A stretch of 64,000 nt of DNA from Woeseiaceae bacterium. Lineage in GTDB: Bacteria > Pseudomonadota > Gammaproteobacteria > Steroidobacterales > Woeseiaceae. A program made the translations under genes and the position numbers. The stretch is taken from NCBI GenBank assembly GCA_965224655.1, contig OZ245060.1:258917-322916 (forward strand). The letters run 5' to 3'. The notes beneath the pieces are model-generated. The model worked only from the letters and a program-made list of their open reading frames with translations. It was not told the origin of the DNA and did not search any database. Positions 1 through 9,320 of this stretch are shown piece by piece. Positions within the stretch are counted from its first letter, which is position 1; each line of letters starts with the position of its first letter.

Positions 1-147
1 AATCTGCGAACCGGTGACGGTGATCTCCTCGATCTCGTCATCTGCTTCCTCCTGCGCCAGCGCCTGCGAAAATGGCAGCGCCGCGCCTATCGTGGCGAAC
101 GCCAGGAGTCGGCGAATCAGCTCGCCGAAGTGCGTCGGATGTTGCAT
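1..147 (-). CDS. TonB-dependent receptor, N-terminal fragment (continues beyond left edge)
   Basis: Not in the ORF track (under 60 aa). The reverse complement from the ATG at 147 reads MQHPTHFGELIRRLLAFATIGAALPFSQALAQEEADDEIEEITVTGSQI. This is a signal peptide followed by an acidic stretch and the 'EEITVTGS' lead-in typical of TBDR plug domains. It is divergent from the LysR gene. Confidence 0.5.
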   Translation of the reverse strand, partial: MQHPTHFGELIRRLLAFATIGAALPFSQALAQEEADDEIEEITVTGSQI

Positions 148-286
148 GTTTTGCCCCCTGAAACTGTAGTTCATCGTCTTCTGTAGCGAGACGTCCTGCA
201 AAGCTATCAGGGCGTTCGCGCGCTAGCCAATAGCATCGTTTCCGCGCCCCATAACCACTGGCTATACTATCCTAGGGAGGTCACCA

Positions 287-1189
287 ATGCGTCTTCGACA
301 GATTGAAGTTTTTCACGCCGTGTACTCTTCGGGGTCCATGACAGCGGCCGCCGAGCTGCTCAACGTCTCGCAACCGTCCGTGTCGAAAGTGCTGGCGCAC
401 GCTGAGCAGCAACTCGGCTACCTGCTGTTTGACCGGGTCAAGGGAAAGCTTGTTCCAACGCCCGAGGCGCATCGGCTGTTTTCGCACGTTGCGACCGTCT
501 ACCGGGACGTCGACCGCCTGAAGCAGGTGGCCGCCAACCTGCGAGGTGGTGATACCGGCGTAATTCGGATTGCCGGCACGCCGGCGTTTGGCATGGGGAT
601 ACTGCCGCACGCCATCACGAGTTTCAGAAGAAACCACAAGGACGTGGTCTTCGAGGTCGAAACACTGCATTTTGAGGAATTGACGACAGCACTGCTGGAA
701 TCCCGAATCGACATAGGGCTTGCTTTTGAGCCGCCGGCGACCGCCGGAATCGATGTGCATTGCATCGCCGAAAGCCGCTTTGTCGTCGTCGCATCTCCCG
801 AATTCGACTTCGGCGACAAGGCATCTCTCACAGCCGCTGATCTTCGCGGATTCCCGGTCATCGGCCTGAACAGCCGGGGCCCGCTGGGGCGTATCCTGTC
901 GAGCTACCTCGGTCCGGTCGAAGACGAGCTGACCATCGTTGCTCGATCCGAAACCTACCACGTCGCCACTGCCTTGGCGGCGCGCGGCGCCGGTATCACG
1001 ATCGCCGACGAGGTAACCGCACGATCCGGCGACCCGGCCCATCTCCGCATTCTGCCTTTGCGACCCGAGCTGAAATTTGCCATTGTCGCGCTGCACCTCA
1101 GTGATTTGCCGTTGTCGTTGACAGCCCGAAACTTCATGGCGCACCTCGAGAACAGCGTCAGGGAGTACCTCGCCCGGCGTACCCCATAG
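287..1189 (+). CDS. LysR-family transcriptional regulator
   Basis: 300 aa. The N-terminal wHTH 'MRLRQIEVFHAVYSSGSMTAAAELLNVSQPSVSKVLAHAEQQLGYLLFDR' is the LysR signature. GGAGG lies 6 nt upstream of the ATG. Confidence 0.9.
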   Translation: MRLRQIEVFHAVYSSGSMTAAAELLNVSQPSVSKVLAHAEQQLGYLLFDRVKGKLVPTPEAHRLFSHVATVYRDVDRLKQVAANLRGGDTGVIRIAGTPAFGMGILPHAITSFRRNHKDVVFEVETLHFEELTTALLESRIDIGLAFEPPATAGIDVHCIAESRFVVVASPEFDFGDKASLTAADLRGFPVIGLNSRGPLGRILSSYLGPVEDELTIVARSETYHVATALAARGAGITIADEVTARSGDPAHLRILPLRPELKFAIVALHLSDLPLSLTARNFMAHLENSVREYLARRTP

Positions 1190-1259
1190 ACCCGGGCTAT
1201 ACGAAGCACAACAATGGTCATTTGAAGGCGGTCGACACAGCTACTTAGTATCGGCGCCT

Positions 1260-2471
1260 ATGAACGTCATCGTCATAGGCGCCGGAGTCATTGGCATAAC
1301 GACCGCCTACTTCCTGGCCCGGAAGGGCTGTCAGGTCACGGTTGTGGACGGTTCCCGCGAGGTTGCGAGCGGCGCAAGTCATGCTAATGCGGGGCAGTTA
1401 TCCTGGAGTTTTACCGATTCGCTGGCCAGCCCGCGCGTACTGGCCAGTATTCCGGCCATCCTGGCGGGACGCGAACCCGGAATGCAACTCAGCCTGACCC
1501 TCAGCCTGTTTCCCTGGAGTGCCCGCTTTCTCAGCCAATGCACAATGCGCCGGGCGCAACGAAACACCGCGGGGCTGCTACGCATCGCTATGCGTTCCTC
1601 CGAGCTTATGCATGACCTGCGCGCACAGGCACCGTTCGAATTCAGCTACCGTGGCGCGGGCAAACTGGTCCTCCTGGCGAACGCGGGCGACGTGCGCAAC
1701 GCGCGCGCCTCATCGCAGATGAAGAAAGACCTCGGCTGCGAAGTACACGTCATTGGAAAACGCGAAGCACTGGCTATCGAGCCCGCCCTGGGCGCGTTGC
1801 AGGATGAGTTCGAGGGCGCCGTGTTTTCTGAGAACGACGACGTTGCTGACGCACGCCTCTTTTCGCATGGGTTGCGCACCTGGCTGGAAAACCAGGGGTC
1901 GGTACAGTTTCGCATGGGACAGCCGATCGAGCGCATCGAGGTGGAACACGGCCTATGCCGGTCAGTCAGCACAGGCGACAATCGCCTCGTGGCGGATGCC
2001 GTAGTCGTTTGCGCCGGCGTACATTCGGAGTCACTGTTGCGACCACTCGGGTTGAAAACCAATATTTATCCGGTCCGCGGCTACAGCGTAACGTTACCGC
2101 CGGGCGAGTTCTCACCGATGGTTTCCGTAACTTCCATGCAGCGACGCATCGTATTCAGCCGCATCAATGGCGACCTTCGCGTTGCCGGGTTTGCGGATTT
2201 CCACGGGCTCAGCAGACACCGCGATGCGTCACGGATCGCGAATCTGCTGCAGGCGGCCCGGGAGTGCGCACCGCTTGCTGCAGATTACGCAGCAACGGAC
2301 AACCATGGCTGGGGCGGATTCCGTCCGTTGACACCGGACGGTCAGCCCCGGGTCGGCAAAACCAGGATCAACGGACTCTACGTGAATACGGGCCACGGTA
2401 TGCTCGGCTGGACGCTGGCATGTGCAACCGCCGAGACAGTGAGCAACTCGATAACAACAACGACGCACTGA
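1260..2471 (+). CDS. D-amino-acid dehydrogenase-like FAD oxidoreductase (DadA family)
   Basis: 403 aa. It has the Rossmann motif 'VIVIGAGVIGITTAYFLARKG'. The C-terminal 'GFRPLTPDGQPRVG...NTGHGMLGWTLA' is collinear with E. coli DadA. Confidence 0.8.
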   Translation: MNVIVIGAGVIGITTAYFLARKGCQVTVVDGSREVASGASHANAGQLSWSFTDSLASPRVLASIPAILAGREPGMQLSLTLSLFPWSARFLSQCTMRRAQRNTAGLLRIAMRSSELMHDLRAQAPFEFSYRGAGKLVLLANAGDVRNARASSQMKKDLGCEVHVIGKREALAIEPALGALQDEFEGAVFSENDDVADARLFSHGLRTWLENQGSVQFRMGQPIERIEVEHGLCRSVSTGDNRLVADAVVVCAGVHSESLLRPLGLKTNIYPVRGYSVTLPPGEFSPMVSVTSMQRRIVFSRINGDLRVAGFADFHGLSRHRDASRIANLLQAARECAPLAADYAATDNHGWGGFRPLTPDGQPRVGKTRINGLYVNTGHGMLGWTLACATAETVSNSITTTTH

Positions 2472-2476
2472 GAAAC

Positions 2477-3658
2477 ATGATGCAACATCAAAACCCGCTC
2501 GTCGTGCTGGCACTCGCCCTTCTGTTCGCAGGCTGCGCACAACAGGTTGCCGTCTTTCGAAGCGGGACGCCATGCGATACCGGCGCGTTCCGGGTCCTCG
2601 ACGATTTCGCAGGCGCGCGCCGTGGACGCTGCGCTGTTATCGCACAGGACGAAGTCATACTGAGTATCCGGCCAGAGGACGATGGGTACATCAATGACAG
2701 TCCTTGGTTCGCATTCCAACTCTCGGCGCCGGCCCCGGTCGAGGCGAATATCGTGCTTCGCTACTTCGGAGGACATCATCGCTATGTCCCGAAACTCAGC
2801 ACGGACGGCATTCACTGGCGCGCCATCGACAGCAGCAAAGTCGAGATTTCGGCCGACGGACAGCGTGCAACGTTCACTGTGCCAATCGCAGGCGCCGATA
2901 TCTGGGTTTCGGCGCAAGAATTGATTACCCCGCCAATCTATGAGGCGTGGAATCGCAAACAGGACGCCGAAACGTCTGCACACCTCTCGGTACTTGGCTT
3001 GTCGCGTGGTGGCTTGCCCATCTCAATGCTGCGCTCCGGCGACGAACACAAAGACGTATTGTTCCTGGTGGGTCGGCAGCACCCGCCGGAGGTTTCCGGT
3101 GCATTCGCATTTTTCAGTTTCTTTGAAGCGCTGCACGACGACACCGAGCTCGCACGGCAATTTCGCGACCGATTCGGGATCGTAGCGATTCCGATGCTCA
3201 ACCCCGATGGAATTGTGGGCGGCAACTGGCGGCACAACCTGAACGGCACAGACCTGAACCGCGATTGGGGGCCGTTCAGGGAACCCGAAACCCGGCTAAT
3301 CAAAACGCTGCTCGATACCCTCGACGAGGAGGGCCGGCAACCACGGGTTTTTCTTGATTTTCACTCGACGCAGCGCAACGTCTTTTACACCCAGGATGAA
3401 GACAGCGAAACACAACCGCCGCGATTCACGCGCCGCTGGCTCGACAAGGCCAGAAGCCGTATCGAGAATTACGAGTTCGACAATGACGAAAACCCAACGG
3501 ACCGGATTGGGGTTTCCAAGAATTACATCTACCACCGTTACGGCATTCCGGCGTCCACCTACGAAGTGGGTGACGAAACCGACCGGGCCGCCGCGCAGGC
3601 CGCCGCCGCCGTGTTTGCCGAAGAACTCATGATGCTGATGCTGGCCGAGGAGTATTGA
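2477..3658 (+). CDS. M14-family zinc carboxypeptidase, predicted lipoprotein
   Basis: The start was trimmed to the in-frame ATG at 2477, because track ORF 1955..3658 reads through the dadA-like gene. It has the lipobox 'LLFAGC'. M14 zinc/active-site motifs are present: 'HPPE', 'NPDG', 'LNRDW' and 'LDFHS'. Confidence 0.75.
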   Translation: MMQHQNPLVVLALALLFAGCAQQVAVFRSGTPCDTGAFRVLDDFAGARRGRCAVIAQDEVILSIRPEDDGYINDSPWFAFQLSAPAPVEANIVLRYFGGHHRYVPKLSTDGIHWRAIDSSKVEISADGQRATFTVPIAGADIWVSAQELITPPIYEAWNRKQDAETSAHLSVLGLSRGGLPISMLRSGDEHKDVLFLVGRQHPPEVSGAFAFFSFFEALHDDTELARQFRDRFGIVAIPMLNPDGIVGGNWRHNLNGTDLNRDWGPFREPETRLIKTLLDTLDEEGRQPRVFLDFHSTQRNVFYTQDEDSETQPPRFTRRWLDKARSRIENYEFDNDENPTDRIGVSKNYIYHRYGIPASTYEVGDETDRAAAQAAAAVFAEELMMLMLAEEY

Positions 3659-3659
3659 G

Positions 3660-5201
3660 TTGCGACTACCAGTCCTGCTTGCCTCTATGCTGCTGACGTC
3701 GTGCGCATCCAGCGATATTGCCTACGATGTGCTGATCAACAACGGGACGATTTATGACGGCTCCCTCGGTGTGCCGGTTGCTGCCAGCATAGGAATCGCC
3801 GATGGTCGCATCGTGTCCATGGACGCCGATCCTCTTGCACCTGCCGATCGGGTCATCGATGCACACGGTAAGCTCGTCATGCCCGGGTTTATCGATCCGC
3901 ACACGCACGCTCGCAGTGGCTTGTCGAAGCCGCAGACGCGCGCCGGCCTCAACTACTTGATGCAAGGCGTAACAACGGTCTTCATCGGCAACGATGGCCG
4001 CGGTGTTCCGAATCGCGACGAAAACTTCGAGGAACTACGCGAGAACGGTTTTGGCCCGAACATCGGCTGGTTTGTCGGGCATGGCGAAGTGCGCCAGGAA
4101 ATTATGGGTATGGCCGATCGCAAGGCTACAGTTGCGGAACTCGACGCGATGAAGGCTTTGATCGAGTCAGCCATGCGCGACGGTGCCGTCGGAATCTCGT
4201 CCGGACTGTTTTATGCGCCAGGCTCGTACGCACCGACCGAAGAAGTGGTTGCACTCGCCGCAGTCGCGAGCCAATACGGTGGAATCTACGATTCGCACAT
4301 CCGTTCCGAAAGCAGCCACGGCATCGGTTTGATGGCATCGCTTGACGAAGTCATCCATGTTGCCCGCGAGGCCCGCATTCCCGCTCACATATCGCACTTG
4401 AAGGCGCTGGGCGAAGACGTCTGGGGCAAGAGTACCGAGATTGTAGGCCGCATTGAGCAGGCGCGCAGCGACGGTCTCGATGTTACCGCCAACCAATATC
4501 CGTGGGAGGCATCCGGAACCCGTTTCAGCAATGCACTGATACCGAAGTGGGTCATGGCCGACTCAAAGGAAATGATGCGACGGCGCCTCGCAGACCCTGA
4601 GCTTTTTCCCGGCATCGAAGAGGAAATGCGGAACAACCTGCGGCTGCGTGGCGGCCCGGGCGCCATGCTGATAACCGCAGCCGACAATCAGTACGTCGGC
4701 ATGACGCTGGCCGACGTTGCGGCATTGACGAATCAGGATCCACTCGTTGCAGCGATCGACCTTGTCCTTGACGACGACCCTTCCATCGCATCGTTCGTTA
4801 TGCACCGCGACGACATCGATCGTCTCGCCGTGCAACCATGGGTAATGACGGGGTCCGACGGCTCATCCGGCCATCCGCGGCTATACGGCACATACCCGAA
4901 AGCGTGGCGCGACTTCGTCGTAGAGCGAAAACTGATGAGTGCCGAACAGTTTGTTCACCGCAGCTCCGGACTCGTCGCCGACACCTTCGGCCTTTGCGAC
5001 CGAGGCTATCTCAGGCCGGGATACGTTGCCGATATCGCGATTATCGATCCCCAAGAATTCCGGCCTGTGGCCGACTACCGCAATCCGACAGCATTGTCGG
5101 TGGGGATCGCTTATGTACTTGTCGGCGGTGTCCTCATCGTTGATGACGGCCACACCGGCGCGCTGCCCGGCAAAATCATCGCGAAACCCCGGTGCGACTG
5201 A
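3660..5201 (+). CDS. N-acyl-D-amino-acid deacylase (D-aminoacylase family amidohydrolase), predicted lipoprotein
   Basis: 513 aa. It has the lipobox 'LLTSCAS' and the amidohydrolase metal motif 'PGFIDPHTH'. Length and collinearity fit D-aminoacylases. Confidence 0.75.
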   Translation: MRLPVLLASMLLTSCASSDIAYDVLINNGTIYDGSLGVPVAASIGIADGRIVSMDADPLAPADRVIDAHGKLVMPGFIDPHTHARSGLSKPQTRAGLNYLMQGVTTVFIGNDGRGVPNRDENFEELRENGFGPNIGWFVGHGEVRQEIMGMADRKATVAELDAMKALIESAMRDGAVGISSGLFYAPGSYAPTEEVVALAAVASQYGGIYDSHIRSESSHGIGLMASLDEVIHVAREARIPAHISHLKALGEDVWGKSTEIVGRIEQARSDGLDVTANQYPWEASGTRFSNALIPKWVMADSKEMMRRRLADPELFPGIEEEMRNNLRLRGGPGAMLITAADNQYVGMTLADVAALTNQDPLVAAIDLVLDDDPSIASFVMHRDDIDRLAVQPWVMTGSDGSSGHPRLYGTYPKAWRDFVVERKLMSAEQFVHRSSGLVADTFGLCDRGYLRPGYVADIAIIDPQEFRPVADYRNPTALSVGIAYVLVGGVLIVDDGHTGALPGKIIAKPRCD

Positions 5202-6709
5202 ACCTGCGCAAATACGCCTGGATTCTACTGGTCGCGTTCTGTGTGCTGGTTGCTGCCTGGGCGGCAAAGCAGGATCCTGCGGAAATAGCTACGGCGGGGC
5301 ATTACGGCCCCATGTCGCTTGCACCGGCGCTCGCCACACTGGTGATCTGTTTTGCAACCCGCAACGTCATTTTCGCGTTATTCATGGGTGTCGTCGTCGG
5401 CGGTCTCGCATCGGGCCAGGAGAATATCGTCCGGCACTTCCTGATCCCCAGTATTGGCACCACGCGTTTCGCGGAAATACTGCTTGTGTACCTGTGGGCG
5501 CTGGGCGGCTTGCTCGGAATCTGGAACCGCAACGGTGGCGCCTGGCACTTTGCGGACTACGTTTCGCGAAACCACGTGAAGTCCCGTCGGTCGGCCTTGT
5601 TCTTTGCATGGCTGATGGGCGTCATTTTCCACCAGGGCGGCACGATCAGCACGGTACTGACCGGTACTACCGTGAGACCGGTTGCCGACAAGGAGAACGT
5701 CGCGCACGAGGAACTGGCCTACGTTGTCGATTCTACGGCCTCGCCCATCGCCACTGTCATTCCGTTCAACGTCTGGCCGGTCTACGTCGCCGGCCTGATT
5801 GCGATTCCATTGATGAGCCACTTTATCGCCACGCGTGAAGACGCCATCGCGATGTTCTTGAAAGCGATTCCGTTCAATCTTTACGGAATATTTGCGGTAA
5901 CGATGACGCTGTTGTTCGCACTGGATAAACTGCCGTGGATCGGGAAACGCATGGCCGCGGCGCGACGGCGCGCTGTGGAAACCGGGCAACTCGATGCGCC
6001 AGGGGCAGAACCGATGCTTGCAAAGGAACTGGCCGAGCGGAATATCCCCGATGGATATGAGCCCAGCTTGCTCGACTTTTTCGTCCCTATCGCTGTGTTG
6101 CTCGGTTTCTCGATAATCCCCTGGGCGGCTGGCGGCAGCCCAATGATTTTCGAGGCATTCGGACTCGCAGTAATCAGCGGCATGCTGCTATCGATCGCGC
6201 GTGGCATGCGTGTGGCCGACGCCTTCGAAGGGCTGATAGACGGCATCAAGGGCGTCACGGTCGGCGCGATTATTCTTGCGCTGGCCGTCACGCTGGCGAA
6301 AGTCTCCGAGACGCTGGGAGCCTCGGCGTTCGTAATCGAGTACGCGGCCGGGTTCCTGTCGGTCGTGCCCTATGTCCTGCCCGGCTTGCTCATGTTGATC
6401 TGCATGCTGGTGTCATTCTCGGTCGGTTCTTCCTGGGGCACCTATGCGGTTGTTTTTCCTATCGCCTTACCGTTGGCCTATATCATCTCGCCGGATCCGA
6501 ATTACATCCTGATGTCGTTCGGCGCGATTATGGGCGGCGCCGTGTTTGGCGATCAGTGTTCACCGATCTCGGACACGACCATCCTGTCGTCACTGGCTTG
6601 CGGTTCCGACCTGATGGACCACGTCTTCACGCAGCTGCCGCTGGCCGCTGCCGCCGCGTTCACCTCCATCGTGCTGTACACGCTTGGAGCGCTGTTCCTG
6701 CTCGGCTGA
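5192..6709 (+). CDS. NhaC-family membrane transporter (Na+/H+ antiporter-like carrier)
   Basis: 505 aa and polytopic. The C-terminal 'GDQCSPISDTTILSS' motif is characteristic of the NhaC family. It overlaps the upstream gene by 10 nt. Confidence 0.7.
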   Translation: MRLNLRKYAWILLVAFCVLVAAWAAKQDPAEIATAGHYGPMSLAPALATLVICFATRNVIFALFMGVVVGGLASGQENIVRHFLIPSIGTTRFAEILLVYLWALGGLLGIWNRNGGAWHFADYVSRNHVKSRRSALFFAWLMGVIFHQGGTISTVLTGTTVRPVADKENVAHEELAYVVDSTASPIATVIPFNVWPVYVAGLIAIPLMSHFIATREDAIAMFLKAIPFNLYGIFAVTMTLLFALDKLPWIGKRMAAARRRAVETGQLDAPGAEPMLAKELAERNIPDGYEPSLLDFFVPIAVLLGFSIIPWAAGGSPMIFEAFGLAVISGMLLSIARGMRVADAFEGLIDGIKGVTVGAIILALAVTLAKVSETLGASAFVIEYAAGFLSVVPYVLPGLLMLICMLVSFSVGSSWGTYAVVFPIALPLAYIISPDPNYILMSFGAIMGGAVFGDQCSPISDTTILSSLACGSDLMDHVFTQLPLAAAAAFTSIVLYTLGALFLLG

Positions 6710-6781
6710 TGTTATATAATCGCCGCCCGCAACCGGGCCATTCGCCCGGTGCCGTCACACACCAAAGTCCGGAGCAGTAAC

Positions 6782-7294
6782 TTGAGTCGCGACCAGCAGT
6801 TTTTTGACATGTATTCCCTCGTAATCGGTGTCCTGGCCGCGGTCGCACTCGCGATCCTCGTGCTCGCCATGAAGATGTCCGACCTGACGCAGGGCGTTTA
6901 CACGCGCAACGTGGATGAGTACCAGGCGGCGGTCGACGAGCGCATTCGTCCCGTCGGCCAGGTCTACCTGCCCGGCGAGGAACAGCAGGCCGAGGCGCCA
7001 ACGGTTGAAACGCCGCCGGCACCCGAGCCGGTCGCGACCACGATGTCCGGCCCGCAGGTGTATAACGAAGCCTGCCTCGTGTGCCACGGCGCCGGTATCG
7101 GCGGCGCGCCCATACTCGGCGATGCCGGCCAGTGGACCGACCGTATCGCGCAGGGCAACGATGTCCTCGTGCAGCACGCGATCGAAGGCTTCACCGGCTC
7201 GACCGGCTTCATGCCGCCGAAAGGCGGTCGCGCCGACCTGTCCGACGACGAAGTGGCGGCTGCGGTCGAATACATGGTCGACGAATCGCAGTAA
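6782..7294 (+). CDS. membrane-anchored cytochrome c5-type monohaem cytochrome
   Basis: It has the CXXCH motif 'CLVCHG', and its 'GFMPPKGG...LSDDEVAAAVEYM' C-terminus is typical of cytochrome c5. There is an N-terminal TM helix and an Ala/Pro/Glu linker. The TTG at 6782 has GGAG 7 nt upstream; ATG 6809 or track start 6749 are alternatives. Confidence 0.75.
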   Translation: MSRDQQFFDMYSLVIGVLAAVALAILVLAMKMSDLTQGVYTRNVDEYQAAVDERIRPVGQVYLPGEEQQAEAPTVETPPAPEPVATTMSGPQVYNEACLVCHGAGIGGAPILGDAGQWTDRIAQGNDVLVQHAIEGFTGSTGFMPPKGGRADLSDDEVAAAVEYMVDESQ

Positions 7295-8815
7295 TCAGCA
7301 CCGATCCAGGTAACGCAACGACAACGCCTCCGCAATATGCGGGGGCGTTATTGTTTTGGCGGCCGCAAGATCGGCAATGGTGCGAGCGACTCGCAAGACC
7401 CGGTGATGTGAACGTGCGGACAGATTGAAGCGCTCCGCGGCGCGCTCCAGCAACTTCCAGCCGGCATCATCCACCTTGCAGTTCGATTCGAGCGTCTGTC
7501 CGTGCAACCGCGCATTGCTCATGCCCTGGCGTTGTTGTTGCACCGTCCACGCGGCCTCAACCCGCTCACGCACGACATGACTCGGCTCGCCGTCGCCACC
7601 CGTCCTGCGCAGGACCTCGGTCGACGGCCTCGGCACTTCGACGTGCAGGTCAATCCGGTCGAGTAACGGCCCTGAAATCTTGCGACGGTAATTGATGACC
7701 CGGTCCGCACTGCAATTGCAGTCGGCCAGCTTGTCGCCCTGGTATCCACACGGACAGGGATTCATCGCCGCGATAACCTGGAAGCAGGCCGGATACTCGA
7801 CGTTGCCGATCGCTCTCGCAATATGAATCGCGCCGGTCTCGATCGGCTCGCGCAGAACTTCGAGAGCACGCCGATTGAACTCCGGCAGCTCGTCGAGAAA
7901 CAGGACGCCGTTGTGCGCGCGGGAGATTTCCCCCGGCAGCATCCGGGGTCCGCCACCGACAAGCGCTGACGCGGATGCCGTGTGGTGCGGTGCCCGAAAC
8001 GGGCGGCGGCGCCAGCGAGTCGTCGCAACCGGATTGCCCAGTACGGACTCGACGGCCGCCGTCTGCAGTGCCTCGTCTTCGGTCATCGGCGGCAGGATTC
8101 CGGGCAATCGTCTTGCCAGCATGCTCTTGCCGGTCCCGGGCGGTCCAACCAGCAACAGGTTGTGGTTGCCGGCCGCCGCGATTTCGAGTGCGCGCTTGGC
8201 CTGCTGCTGCCCACGGACATCCACGAGGTCGTTCGGCTCCTGCCCGCATTCCGGCGCGTCCGTACTGCTCACGCGTTCCAGCGACTCACGCCCGGCAAGG
8301 TGCTCGACGACATCCCGCAGCGTATCCGCCGCAAACGCGTCGGCGTGCGCCAGTGACGCTTCGGCGGCGTTCTGGCGCGGCACGATGATACGCCGGCCGG
8401 CGCGCCTGGCTGCGAGCGCCGACGACAGTATCGCCGTAATCGGCCGAAGCTTGCCGTCCATCGACAACTCGCCATAGGCCTCCACGTTGTCGAGGGCACG
8501 TCGTGGGAACATTTTTTTAGCACTCAGGATGCCGAGCGCGATCGGCAGGTCGAAACGGCCGCCGGTCTTCCGCAGCTCTGCCGGGCCGAGGCTCACGGTC
8601 ATGCGTTCCTGCGGCCACTTGAAGCCGCTGCTCATCAGGGCACCGCGAACGCGGTCCTTGCTTTCGCGGACAGCGGTTTCCGCCATACCGACAATCGAGA
8701 ATGTCGGCAGGCCGCCGGACAGGAACACTTCGATCGTGACAGGGGGCGCGGCGGTTCCGCACTGCGCCCTGCAATTGAGGATTGCGAGTCCCACGTTGCG
8801 GCCCTCCGTGGCCAT
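7295..8815 (-). CDS. comM: YifB/ComM family Mg-chelatase-like ATPase
   Basis: 506 aa. It has an N-terminal Lon-protease-like domain and the Walker A motif 'VGPPGTGKSMLA'. The ChlI-like AAA+ core and C-terminal domain are collinear with YifB/ComM. Confidence 0.9.
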   Translation of the reverse strand: MATEGRNVGLAILNCRAQCGTAAPPVTIEVFLSGGLPTFSIVGMAETAVRESKDRVRGALMSSGFKWPQERMTVSLGPAELRKTGGRFDLPIALGILSAKKMFPRRALDNVEAYGELSMDGKLRPITAILSSALAARRAGRRIIVPRQNAAEASLAHADAFAADTLRDVVEHLAGRESLERVSSTDAPECGQEPNDLVDVRGQQQAKRALEIAAAGNHNLLLVGPPGTGKSMLARRLPGILPPMTEDEALQTAAVESVLGNPVATTRWRRRPFRAPHHTASASALVGGGPRMLPGEISRAHNGVLFLDELPEFNRRALEVLREPIETGAIHIARAIGNVEYPACFQVIAAMNPCPCGYQGDKLADCNCSADRVINYRRKISGPLLDRIDLHVEVPRPSTEVLRRTGGDGEPSHVVRERVEAAWTVQQQRQGMSNARLHGQTLESNCKVDDAGWKLLERAAERFNLSARSHHRVLRVARTIADLAAAKTITPPHIAEALSLRYLDRC

Positions 8816-8842
8816 TGGCAGGAACTGTAGTTAGCGCGCCTG

Positions 8843-9079
8843 CTAGTCGTCTTCGAGTTCCCCGAGGCGCGCTTCGAGCGCCTCGAGTTTTTCGCGCGTT
8901 CTCGCCAGTACGGCTTCCTGGACTTCAAACTCCTCGCGCGTCACGAGATCGAGCTTCGCAAGGCCCGAGCGCAGCACGCCGCGAAAATTGCTTTCGAGGT
9001 CCTCGCGCATCGATCGCAGCCCCTCGGGCACTGCCTCGGCCAGTTTCCGGGCCAGGTTTTCAATGGATTCGTCTGCCAT
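8843..9079 (-). CDS. ubiK: ubiquinone biosynthesis accessory factor UbiK (YqiC/BMFP family)
   Basis: The start was trimmed to the ATG at 9079. The 78-aa coiled-coil protein reads 'MADESIENLARKL...DLVTREEFEVQEAVLARTREKLEALEARL', which is the UbiK pattern. The upstream 71 aa of the track ORF are Arg/Ala-rich read-through. Confidence 0.75.
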   Translation of the reverse strand: MADESIENLARKLAEAVPEGLRSMREDLESNFRGVLRSGLAKLDLVTREEFEVQEAVLARTREKLEALEARLGELEDD

Positions 9080-9254
9080 ACGCGATTGATACCTGAGGCG
9101 TGCCGGAAACGCCAGTAACAAAACCACGCGCACGGCCGAGATTCCGCCGGCCGGTTCCAAAGCGGTGCAGATTACCCGCACCAGCGCACCAATGCGGCGC
9201 AGCGCCCATTCGGTTGCATATGCAACCCGATGATTTCCCGCTGCATTCCGAAAC

Positions 9255-9270
9255 TGGCACGCATCCTGCT
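9255..9270 (+). promoter_or_regulatory. sigma54 (-24/-12) promoter candidate for the porin-glnK-amtB operon
   Basis: The sequence is TGGCACGCATCCTGCT, against the consensus TGGCACG-N4-TTGCW. The GG and GC are exactly 12 nt apart. It lies about 50 nt upstream of the porin start at 9321. Confidence 0.6.
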
Positions 9271-9320
9271 CCTGGTACCTGCAACGACTCACAACTTTGA
9301 AACAACAGGAGCGCTACACC

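Noticed and set aside
148-286. A LysR-type T-N11-A operator in the divergent TBDR/LysR intergenic region.
   Set aside because: ATAGC/GCTAT half-sites are present, but at spacings (22-27 nt) that do not fit the canonical LysR box. I could not define a convincing site by eye.
1955-2476. N-terminal extensions of track ORFs. Examples are 1955..3658, 24619..26502, 26169..26918, 14929..15819, 41827..42870, 43538..44941, 40964..41770, 8843..9292 and 61587..63116.
   Set aside because: The extensions overlap the preceding, well-supported gene in another frame and have no family-like sequence. Each is followed by an internal start that reproduces the canonical N-terminus (for example MPELPEVE for MutM and [10 protein letters not shown] for L28).
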